Assembly: GCA_950097015.1 (NCBI GenBank)
Contig: CATNEN010000038.1
Coordinates: 24,614,001-24,678,000, forward strand
Length of the DNA stretch: 64,000 bases
Source: Macrostomum hystrix
Taxonomy: Eukaryota; Animalia; Platyhelminthes
Reading direction: 5' to 3'
This document shows positions 44,469 through 55,037 of the stretch, piece by piece. Below the pieces are notes generated by a model that saw only the letters and a program-made list of their open reading frames with translations, did no database searches and was not told the DNA's origin. Each line of letters begins with the position of its first letter. Within the stretch, counting starts at the first letter, position 1. Position numbers and translations under genes: made by a program.

Positions 44469-46133
44469 TTATTGCAGACGAATATTGAACAGGTGTATAG
44501 CTTGTCGACCTTTTACACAAACAGCCAGCATTGGCGGATCTCCATCTAGGATAGCGAGGCCGTAAGGATCACAAACATTGCCCTCCTCACTTTCATTTTC
44601 GTGGCTTTCATTCTCAGTATCATCATCGCTTTCGTCTTTGTCTTCTTCTTCTTCATCTTTTTCAGAATCAGTCTCAGTTTCATTGGTCACTTCTAAGTTA
44701 ATAGTTTGTAATACAGACCCATCATGTTGTAGTACACGAACTTGATTTGTCAGACTGTGGCTCAGAAAGATCAGGCCAGATCTGTGCGCCACAACATCAG
44801 CTGGATGAACAAATGCGGCATCCTCGGAGAAAGAATTTGATGGAAGCGAAGCGATAAGTTGCTGGCTTACTGAACAAATCTTGAGCAACCGATCGAAATT
44901 CCAGTCTGTCAAGAAAATGGAGTTACCAAGGGCCGACATGCCTTCGTATAGGACACCTTCATTAAGTGGATAAAATTCGGCCACACTAATAACGGACTGC
45001 AGTTGCTCACCATCTTTGCTCAGACAGTAGATACTAAAACTTTTCTGCTCAAAAAGAAATACTTTGTCAGAGTTTCCATCTAAAGCGACAAACTTACAAC
45101 TGGTCAGGCCGAGGCAAAGCTTGTTGACAACTCGCAGAACAGACCCACTGAGATCCGCAATGGTTAAAGATTCGGGTTGCGCAATGTAAATACTTTGTCT
45201 TTCGCTATCACAGTGAAGGCCACAAAATTCAACTGACCACTGGATGGGACAGTTTACTATTAGCTTCTGAAGTCCATCAATAGATACCAAAAGGAGGTGA
45301 TCTTTCTCTGAACCAATATGGAACAAAACAAAAAGACATGGGTTAGGTAGTTTAGAACAGCAGTCAACAGCCGACTCCTTCTTTACTACGACCCCTAACG
45401 AGTTGCTAACAAAGCCTTCTGTGTTGCTGCATGCTGCAATCCACTGGGGTAGGCCATCAAGATGTATCTCTTCTTGAAACTTGCAAATCTCTAGTTTGTC
45501 TTTAATTTCGCATGCTAACATATCGTTTTCACATAGTCGCACGGCCTTGACCATCTGTCTGTTAATAAGAATCTGCAAGTCTCTTAAACAGCCTGATACA
45601 TCACCAACAACTCTGTGAGCAGTCTGTTCATGACTCATGGCTTCTTCTTCTGAACCATTAGCATCTTCTTGTGTAGTAAACTTCTCCTCAAAGTCGGCGC
45701 ATTTTATCTCCATCTCTGAAGTTAGCTCGAAGACTTTTCTAAAGTCTCCAGCACTAGCAGCAGTAGCGGTAGCAGATGTATAATCTTGCAAGTCAGCTAA
45801 ATTTCTCATCTGCTGCAAAAGCTCATCATGTAGATTTGTCAATCGATTAGTCACAGACCTTTTCCAATTAGACAGTGAATCAATAGCTTCATCAAACAGC
45901 TCTTCTACTTCCTGTAGCTCTACTGCCAGAGTCTGCTGTTGAATTCGCAGCTTGTCTTTACCAACTAGCATTGCTTCTAATCTAGCCAGTATTGCCACAT
46001 GTAGTTCTCGAACTTTTTCTATATCCTGATTGAGATGTCTCTCACACAAATACTGTTGAATGCGAATTCCCATGCTTGACATAGGGGCATTGCAGCCTCT
46101 GATGGAGCACTTATCCATTTGAGAAGCTGACAT
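44469..46133 (-). CDS. Zinc-finger (B-box-like) / coiled-coil / beta-propeller (TRIM-NHL-like, no RING) protein, single exon
   Basis: Long ORF: C..C...CERH, a long coiled coil, propeller-like repeats (FLTDWNFDRLLK, HPADVVAH, DPYGLAI) and an acidic insert. The ATG at 46133 follows a tttcag acceptor. Confidence 0.65.
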   Translation of the reverse strand: MSASQMDKCSIRGCNAPMSSMGIRIQQYLCERHLNQDIEKVRELHVAILARLEAMLVGKDKLRIQQQTLAVELQEVEELFDEAIDSLSNWKRSVTNRLTNLHDELLQQMRNLADLQDYTSATATAASAGDFRKVFELTSEMEIKCADFEEKFTTQEDANGSEEEAMSHEQTAHRVVGDVSGCLRDLQILINRQMVKAVRLCENDMLACEIKDKLEICKFQEEIHLDGLPQWIAACSNTEGFVSNSLGVVVKKESAVDCCSKLPNPCLFVLFHIGSEKDHLLLVSIDGLQKLIVNCPIQWSVEFCGLHCDSERQSIYIAQPESLTIADLSGSVLRVVNKLCLGLTSCKFVALDGNSDKVFLFEQKSFSIYCLSKDGEQLQSVISVAEFYPLNEGVLYEGMSALGNSIFLTDWNFDRLLKICSVSQQLIASLPSNSFSEDAAFVHPADVVAHRSGLIFLSHSLTNQVRVLQHDGSVLQTINLEVTNETETDSEKDEEEEDKDESDDDTENESHENESEEGNVCDPYGLAILDGDPPMLAVCVKGRQAIHLFNIRLQ

Positions 46134-47669
46134 GCCTTCTGAAATAAATGTATTTAATTGGCAACTCTTATAATTATCTAGATTTTTTCTATCCAAGTCT
46201 CTTCATTATCTGTACAGGGCTTGAATAAAAAACTAATCAAAATAATACATAGAAAATGTTTTAAAAGCTATTGATTATGATGTCTTAATTATTATATTCT
46301 AAAACAATTTTTGCTAACATAAACTAGGGTTAGCAAACTAGCAGTTCATATCTATTTACCTATTTTGGCAGACTTTAATAGGTATGTCTATTTGAAAAAA
46401 TATAATAATTAAATCCAGATCAATGAGACAAAGGCAAGAAAAGTGGTGGCACAAACCTGGCAATACGGGCCCTAAATTTATTAGGGCCCACATGTTTTCC
46501 CTGTTAGCAGGCACCCTAGAAATTAGGGATGGTGGTGATAATACATGTGTTCAGCACATGTAACATTCAATGCCACACAATGTACAGTGATATGAGCAAG
46601 TGAGGGTAATGAGAATGTGAAACACACGTATACTACCTAATGTATCTCTAATGTAGAGATTGCTCTAGCATTAAACCAGTTAAAGCCACTCATTTTACTC
46701 ACCTAAAATTAATATTTTGGCTCTTGTTATTATTGCACTTTAGGGAATTTAAAATAAATAGAACTAGAATAGTTAAAGTTGTAAATAACATTATCATGTA
46801 ACTTAGTAATATCTCATTAAATCATGATATATAGTAGGCATAAAGCTAGCCATGAAAAAAAGTTAAACAGTAACTTAATAGACCACATTCTTTATAGTTT
46901 AGTTACATAGTTTACCTATTACTAGATATAGCCCCCTTCCAGTTGGCCCAAACATAATCCCCAAATGAAAAAGCAAGTAAACACCAAAGACAAAAAATAT
47001 TCCTTCTAACTAGCATGAAATGAATGTCTTATTTAGCAGACAATCAATGCCCTCCTTATAGCAGAGTTTAGCTCCTTTTGTAGAAAAAATGCCACCATTA
47101 ACACAGTTTGCCCCTCTTTGGTAACCTGTAACCCATGCCCCCTCATCAAAATACCTATAACTATATGACCCCTTTAGCAGAAAACCAATGTCTTTCTTTA
47201 ACAGATAACAAAAGCACCTTTAGGAAATTTAGTGTCATAACTGCAAAAAACAATGGTCCACTTTAACCCACTTTAGCAAAGAGCAATGTACCCACATAAG
47301 CAGTCAACTTGTCCACATGTTGCCTCTGGTAGATAGACCACTGGTAGACCAATAACCTTAACTAGCAGGCTACCCAAGTAGTAAACCCCATGCCAGTCCT
47401 TAAATACCACTTTGCAAATACCACCTTGATACATTAGGGACTTAGGCCTTCCTACCTATATATTTTTATATCTTCATTACTACAAGTAGTTCAGGCCAGA
47501 AGGAGCAATTTAAAACAGTTAAAATTGTATTACTTAATTGCAATTAATTGCGAAAAACCAATTGCAATAAAAATCAAACTCCTGCTACCAACCATAAAAT
47601 ATGCATAAGATATCCCACAGTCAGGAAGGTGGTAAATTCCAGGGAAAATTGCAGCGCACACAAAGGAAT

Positions 47670-48860
47670 TTTCTGGTGCACATGGCGCACACGGCACATA
47701 GTGAGAGCAAAAATTTTTTCTGGGTGCTGTTTGGCGTGGTGAACAGTTGGATATGGAAGCAGATTTCATACAACTTGCCACTGCTCTGCTTGACAGCTTG
47801 GCATCACATGTAAGAACATCAAATAAGCACTCCCCTAAGGCTACTAATGCCGTGGTAATGGATGCTGCTGCCATTATTTTGCTGCTGAGGGACAATGATC
47901 CAGATGTTAGCATTGAACAGTTTACCACATCAAATGCGGTGAAGTGATTCGTACAGCAGGCAGAACGGCACCAAAGCCTAGGCTTAAATTCACAGCTAGC
48001 AAACAAATACATGGCCGCCTACATTAGCACTATACAGGGGGAATACAGCAGACATTTCTATCTGGTGAAGGCCGGGAATCGTAGCTTGTTCCAACCATTG
48101 CAGGACCAATCATAAAAGTTGAGCAATCGAGGGCTGCAGACCAATTTTCATTGCACGCACATTTATGTGTGACAACAGAGTCCAGCCATCAGCACACAGT
48201 ACAACTCATGAAATGGCAATGTATTGGTCACTTTATTGCGATCCCTGTGTATTTAAACCTACAGGTCAGGAGGCGTGCCATTTGCTAGATTTTCTCTTCA
48301 TCATGGTGGGACAGGTACAGGCTTTTAAAGCTTAAAAAATCCAACATTCAATCTCTAACTGTGATATAAATGACGCCAACTCACACACTATATTTTTAGA
48401 AGCAATCGTAGAGACTTTCTACTCAGTAATGCGTTCACAGGAGCAGAAAGGTGGTCAGACAAACGCGACTCTGGCAACAAGAGCTAAAATTTGATGGATG
48501 CTGCCTCCGATCTATATGCCAGCATCAGAGCTGCTGCTGCATGAGGCTGCTCGAGCTTTTTACTCCAGGGACAAGGAGGCTGCAATCCGACCTCATTGTA
48601 GTCCCTTTTTTTACGAACTCCAGCAGCGCACATCTAAGAAGTATGTTATAGGCCTAAGCAAAGTTGTAGACTGGCATCGTAAGGCTGTTCCTTGCTGTCC
48701 ATTTGTTGGGCAATACTACAAATTTGAACTGGCAGAATTGGACTCTGACAATGACATTTGATTGCTATATAATAACTACTAGGCTTAATACAAAGCGCGT
48801 TTCTTTTTTCTTGGTGCACATGCTGTCTTTACTTGGCGCACGGCGCACAATAAAAAATTT
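47670..48860 (+). mobile_element. Decayed DNA transposon coding remnant, possibly Academ-like (XPG/PIN-type nuclease region)
   Basis: Broken frames AVVMDAAAIILLL, NAFTG and LPP....LLLH.ARAFY resemble recalled Academ-type motifs. Flanked by related ggtgcacatg..gcgcac motifs at about 47675 and 48812. Confidence 0.3.
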
Positions 48861-51800
48861 ACTGGCAATCTGTCTGTTGCGGCGCATCTTCCTGACCATG
48901 GGAGATATGTACTAAATTTTTAGTAAATTCAAATTTCAAAATCATGTACATAGCTAATATATTGTGGTACCATGGTGGCTGACTTTAGTTCATTATGGAA
49001 ATAAAGCATCATATTATGTTTTGTAAAGCTAAAAAATGCTTAGTAAATTTATTTTTTGCATTAACTTGTTAATACATTAAAAAGCAAATATATGGTATTA
49101 AAAGCCAAATAAATTAGTTTTCTAGGAAGTTAAATGTTTGAATAATGCTAACTGCACAAAAGTAAATGTATATTTTTTATATATTAGTTATCAACTAATA
49201 ATCAATATTTATGCGTATATATTTTTTACATTGAATTTTATATTTGAAAGTCTATGTAAAATCTGATTTAAAAAATCTTGATATTTTAGTTATGCTTCGT
49301 GTTGACGTGTATAAATCGGTCGACCCCGGAGGGCCCGGATTTAATACTAGGAGCTAGTATTGATATTTCGTGAGAATATTATTTGGGCCCTGTAGATAAT
49401 TAGCCACTCTGAGTTTGCTACATTAGCAGCCTAAGACAAAGAGTAAAGACCAACTAAGTCAATGCAGGTGCCCGACATCTCCCTATTTATAATATTTGTA
49501 ATATTGTAAAATTTGTAATATTTGTAAATTGTAAAATTGTAGGGCCTAATTTGTAATATTTGTAACCAGGCATAAGCAAGGTTAATTCTCCCAAACTGGT
49601 ATTCTTTTATAATAGGGCCTATTATTTTTTTGTTGAAAAAATTATAAATGCATGCTGTATCATTCATGTATTATTTCATAAATTACTTATTGTAATAGGC
49701 CTACTAGGCCTAATTAATTCTTAATCACCCTAAGCCTACGCCTAGTCGCCTACCCATAGCTATGGTGAGCACTAGGTGGCTAAACAAGGGCACAACTCAC
49801 CTAGCTGAATCTTAAGTTTCTTTTCAGTACACATGGTACATATTTGTGCAAGAAATTCCTATTTGGCACAAAATTTGTGGCATCTGGGTTGGCTGCCCAT
49901 TTCAAGACCTTAGAAACTTTGTCCTCTTGAGTCTTGGTATTCTCCACATTGAACTCTGCCTTGAAATGTAATTGCATATCATGGCAGAGGATTCTGAGTA
50001 AAATTCTACTTCAAATTCTGACCCAATAATTGTAACAATATCAACTTAGTATAGGCCTACCTTGTAAAATTTGACACAAAATTCCATTATGAATGAATTT
50101 TATTCACTATTGATTTTTTTAGAGTTTATGTCGTAGGGCTCCTCTCTTCCTCTGTACTTTATCCCACCAATATTATTTTATTAATATTAAAAATTGCTTA
50201 TTTCACACCTTAAATTAATCTTTGAAATAACTCTTAGTTTCCTTTGTCAATGACTTAATTATACTTCATAGACTGGCTATGTACCCTTTTATTTCATATG
50301 CATAGGGCCTATATTGCTTAAATTGGCCAGATAGACTGCTTTCTTTCCCAAAATTGGTAGTGTTCGCACGAGTGTCCAAGCGGCAAGACACTTCTTCCTC
50401 TCCTTACTTATAAACTATCTGGCTTTCTGGTTTGTTCCCAGTCTTTCAAGGCTTCCAAATGGACTGAGAAGTCTGAATTTGCCCAACTTTGCACACAGTG
50501 CTATTCCAGCAATCGGGATTAACCCTCTGCTCTTTAGTTATTACACTCTACTGCTTTTGATAACTATTTCCTTCTTTATTCTTTTGAATATTCACTGACT
50601 TGTGTCTTATCACAGACCTGCTTTTCTCTTTCTCTCTGAATAAAATGATTTCAAACACTCTGAGACTTATTCTCCTTTATTTCAACTCAGAACTGGGCAC
50701 GGGGCACAGGTTAGAGTTTTTGGGCTAGATTGCGGTTATATTTATAGCAATATTTGAGGCGGGTGGTAAAACACATTAAAACAAAATATAAAAGTGGAGA
50801 GAAAGTATTTGGCGGGAATTCAAGTTACAAATCTACAATAAAATTAGGGCCTGCCTCACTTACTTTGGTCAGAGAATTAGACCTCAAATTCTGCCGCATT
50901 TATTTCTTGTTTGATAAATTCAATCAGGTTAATAATAGTAATAATTCATAGTAAATTATCAAATTAATAAGAATTATTATCAATCATTTTGTATTAATAA
51001 ACAAGACTACAAAAAACAATAAGAAATTTGAGGCAATATCCTCTGCCTTGATGTGTATTAAGGCCTAAGGTCTACGAGGCAGAATTTGAGGTGAAGTATT
51101 CCCAGGTGGACAAAGTTTCTAAGGTTGCAGCAATAGGCATATTGCTGTATCTATATTTAAAGTGCTACAAATTAGGTAAAGCTGGCAGATGGGATTATTA
51201 TTTGTTTACTATAATATGAATTGAATTCATAGGCCTGCCTTGCTGAATTAAAAATAGGCTATAGGCCTATAGCTAACCCATTTAGTTTGTTTATCTGCCC
51301 AGCAGATGAACTGGCGGCAGACGAAAAGAGTGGCACCCATTTTATTATTATACTTACTTACTCTACTTATATTATTATATCCCTAAACAATAGGCCTAAC
51401 TCCCATAGCTTAACATAATAGGCCTAAAGTTTAAGTAGAGTTCTTGACAACTGCTGTGTCATTAAACTAAATTAAAATACATGGTTGTAGCTTGCCTATC
51501 CTATGGACATGGCTACCATGCCCCTTCTGTAGAATAGAGTTATGACTTATTGGCTGTTGATAAATAAAATTTTCATGAAATATTGTCTATTTTAAGCATC
51601 AGTCCTAACATTCTAGGGACTAGGTAGAACCTAACTCTTCAATGTGTATGTCACATTAACATTTTATAGGGTTGAAGGCAAACAATATGAGTTAAGAAAA
51701 ACTCAATTTGTAACTAAATTAAAGAAATCCAAGTTTTAGTGAGTATAATTTACAAAAAGCTACAGGCTTATTTGTCCTATAGCTTGTTTTTTATGCAACT

Positions 51801-52909
51801 ATTTGCTTCAATGTATCCAAAACTAGAAACATCCACTTTAATTTAGGTTTCACCTAGTAAAATAGGCAATAGGAAGGGTTATTGAACTTCTGATCACATG
51901 GCCACTTTATTAACAGTATAAAAACCCTGCTTTCTAGTTTTCTTTTGACTATAATTGGTGGATTGTTCTATAATATTGACACTATTAAAATAACTTTATG
52001 CTAGGGGCTTTTTACATGTTAATCATAGAAAATATATTTGGTTTTCTAATTGAATTGAAACTAGTTGACTGACCATCTGTTGTAGCCATCTATTTGTCAG
52101 CCTCCCTCAAAAACAACAAAAAGTTTTCTTCTAAAATTCAAAATTTTCTATATACCATAAAGTGTGGTCATCCAGTGACAAAAAAGCCATTCCATAGAAA
52201 GTGATTGTAAATAGAACAGAGTGGTTTTCTTTTTTGAACTCAGCACCCCAAAGCATTTTATAGACTGATTTATGTGCATACTAAAACAAACAAGGATTAA
52301 ATTTTAAGAAGCTATAAAAATTGTGTATTTTGATAGCTAAAATTTTGTCTGAAAGCATCACAAGGCACAGCCACCAACGGAAAGTTTATCCCATAACAAA
52401 TAGCATCAGAAATTGTTGCCCACCTATCTCATTTGCTAGTTTTCTTATATATTGACCCTTCATGTAAATTACTCAATGAGTCATTTCATAACTCATAACA
52501 CCTAAAAAAGAAATATTCATAAAGTAGTCCTGATAACAATTAGGTCTTAATCTTTACACCTAAAGATTCCATGTTCAGTTATTGATGCTTCATCATGTAT
52601 ATAACTATATCTAAAAATTACAATATAACTGCCTTTCATGTCCAGCCTCAAACTATTTTGTATTATGTACTTTCACTGGACTTGATAATTAATAATGTTC
52701 TCTAGAAACCCATTAGCCAATTTTCGGGTCATAGTTATTGTAGCCAACCAAAAGCTGATTGCTTCCTTTTATATGTTGTAGGTAGTATACAAGCCCCAAG
52801 CCTCTGATAGATGAGGATGGGAGTTCAAACCTTAAGGCTTTAATTAATTAAATACTCAGTGCCCTGAATTCCACAGCTATCCTACTGCTTATCCTTAACA
52901 CCGGAGAGA

Positions 52910-55037
52910 ATGTCTCGCTCGCAGTCCCGCTCGCTGTCTCTCTCTCCGCCATCTTCACCAAACTTCAAAGCTGAACAAGCCCTGCAGCAGGCAGCCGCCG
53001 CCGCCGCTAGGCATCGGCGGGTTAGCTACAGCCGCAGTCGCAGCCGCAGCCGCAGCCCGATAGCCTCTGGTGCAGTCGGCGGCGACGGCAGTTCAGCGGC
53101 TCCCCAGCGTTCCAGACGCCTTCAATCAAAGCGGGTCGCAATGTTGAACCTGCCTTACAGCATCAACGTGTTACAGTTGAAAAAGATTGTTAAAGACAAG
53201 CTTGGCTTTGCTGGCTATGTGATCCTATTAGAAGAGAATGGCAGATTCTCAGGCATCGGTTATATGGATTTTCGCACATACGAAGGCGCTGAGGAAGCTA
53301 TAGAACGTTTGAATGGCATGGATATCGACGGGCGTCGAATTAAGGTATATCAAGCATTTCTTTGGGGCTGATTCTATACGACTAGAGGACTTGTGATTAA
53401 ACAGCACAAAAGTGAGTAGATACAATAAAAGTAGTTTTTTGTTGAATCACATTGCTTAGGTGCGTCAAGAAGTGCCCAGTGATCGAGATCGTTTAGAACG
53501 AGCCGAGCGCGCCCGAGGCAGCGGCAGCGTCGGAGGTGGTGGTGGTGGCGGCGGTGGCAGCAGCAACAGAGATGCTCTATCCTCAGCAAGCTACTCAAGA
53601 GGCTCTGAGAGAGATCGAGGCAGTGGAGGCGGCAGCGGCACCGCCCAAGCTCTGCTAAGCCAACTGGGCATTCATGGGCCAATTAGTAATAGCGTATTTA
53701 TCAGCAACTTAGATGGCAGGTAAGGGCAAATCCGTATTATTTGTATCATAAGGGAATTAATTACAGTATTAATATTTATTGTCATTCCAAATCAAGGGTC
53801 ACCTGGCAGAAGCTGAAAGATGTATTCCGTCTCGCGGGCCGTGTTGTCAAAGCCGACATCATTGGCGATGGACGCGCCGCCGCTAAGGTTGCCGGCCTAG
53901 TTCAATTTGAGACTCCGCTGGAGGCCGCTCAGGCGATCAGTATGCTGAACAATCAGATGCTCTACGACAGGCCTATGCGTGTTAGAATGGACCTACCCGA
54001 GAGTGAACGACCCGACGCCCGCAATCGACGAGCCAGCGCCCTACCAGAAGGTCTGGGTGGAGTTGGCGCCGGATTAGATCGAGCGACGGCGCGGGAGCTG
54101 CAGGAAATTATCGGTGGCAGTGGCGGAGGTGCGTAGAATTAATCGAATGTTAATAGAGCTTGTTGCCCAGTTAGAGCTTCGTACTTAGAAGACGTCAAAA
54201 GTTCGAATTAATTTGTATCATAATAGAGCAAGCACATCATGAGGTGACACTAGACCCGCAGTCAACGAGGCAATGGTGCCCATTTCGCTGACTCCTGAGC
54301 ACACAAGCACACAGATATCTGTACGCTCCCACTGTGCCTTGGAAATTTGCCCACATCGGTGCAAATTATGGAACAAGACCCCCAAGCTTTCTCTCAGTGT
54401 CTTCTTTCATGTTTATATTCTCCTCTCAAATGTGGCCTCGAGCTCAGGGACCTTGATACTTAAAGCAGACGCGTTAGATCGTTCTGCCAATCACCCCCGG
54501 TACCGTTACTCGCTTGGGTAAAAATTCGCGTGTGTGTGTGGCGTCCCCAAGTCTATGGAATGAACAACTGTGCCACTGACTGTACGCCTGGCTCTACTAG
54601 GTGTCAAATTAAAAAGTTTGATGATTAATTCACTTTTACATCTAGCGACTGTTTTTTCGCCTTTTTAGTAGGCCTAATTCTTGCTACATGTCTCTCCTTA
54701 TTGGTTGTCTTCAGACAGTGGACGCTATCGCAGCAGTGGCCCCTACGAATACGACAACGGCCGACATTCTGGCGGCGGTGGCGGCGGAAGCGGCGGCTCC
54801 GCCAGTGACACAGTCTTTGTTAGCAACCTGCCCTACAGCTACGATTGGATGAGTCTTAAATCTGCGTTCCGCAATGTGGGCGGCGTCCACTTCGCCGATA
54901 TTGACGTTGGGCCCGACAGACGCAGTCTGGGCACCGGTGTAGTCCAGTTCAAGAGTTCGGCGGATGCCAGACGAGCTGTTGCCGTGATGGACGGCGCCAA
55001 GATTGAGGGCAGATCGATTCGGGTCACTTTGCGCTGA
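52910..55037 (+). CDS. hnRNP M / myelin expression factor 2-like protein, three RRMs with an RS-rich N-terminus; exons 52910-53344, 53460-53719, 53797-54128, 54715-55037
   Basis: RRM1 (NLPYS...KDKLG), RRM2 (VFISNL..VTWQKLKDVFRLAG...AISMLNNQMLYDRPMRVRMD), the family motif LPEGLGGVG.GL, and RRM3 (VFVSNLPYSYDW..LK...GVVQF). Phase-consistent GT-AG introns. Confidence 0.88.
54228..54500 (-). mobile_element. SINE family B copy in hnRNP M intron 3
   Basis: The minus strand reads gattggcagaacgatctaacgcgtc...gagctcgag (head), then ctcaggagtcagcgaaatgggc...gactgcgggtctagtgtcacc (matches 110-182). Confidence 0.7.

Noticed and set aside
52892-52909. U12 branch-site consensus TCCTTAAC just before the hnRNP M ATG
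   Set aside because: I found no full RTATCCTT donor upstream (only ATATCCTC at about 51036), and an ordinary ccacag acceptor lies just 5' of it.
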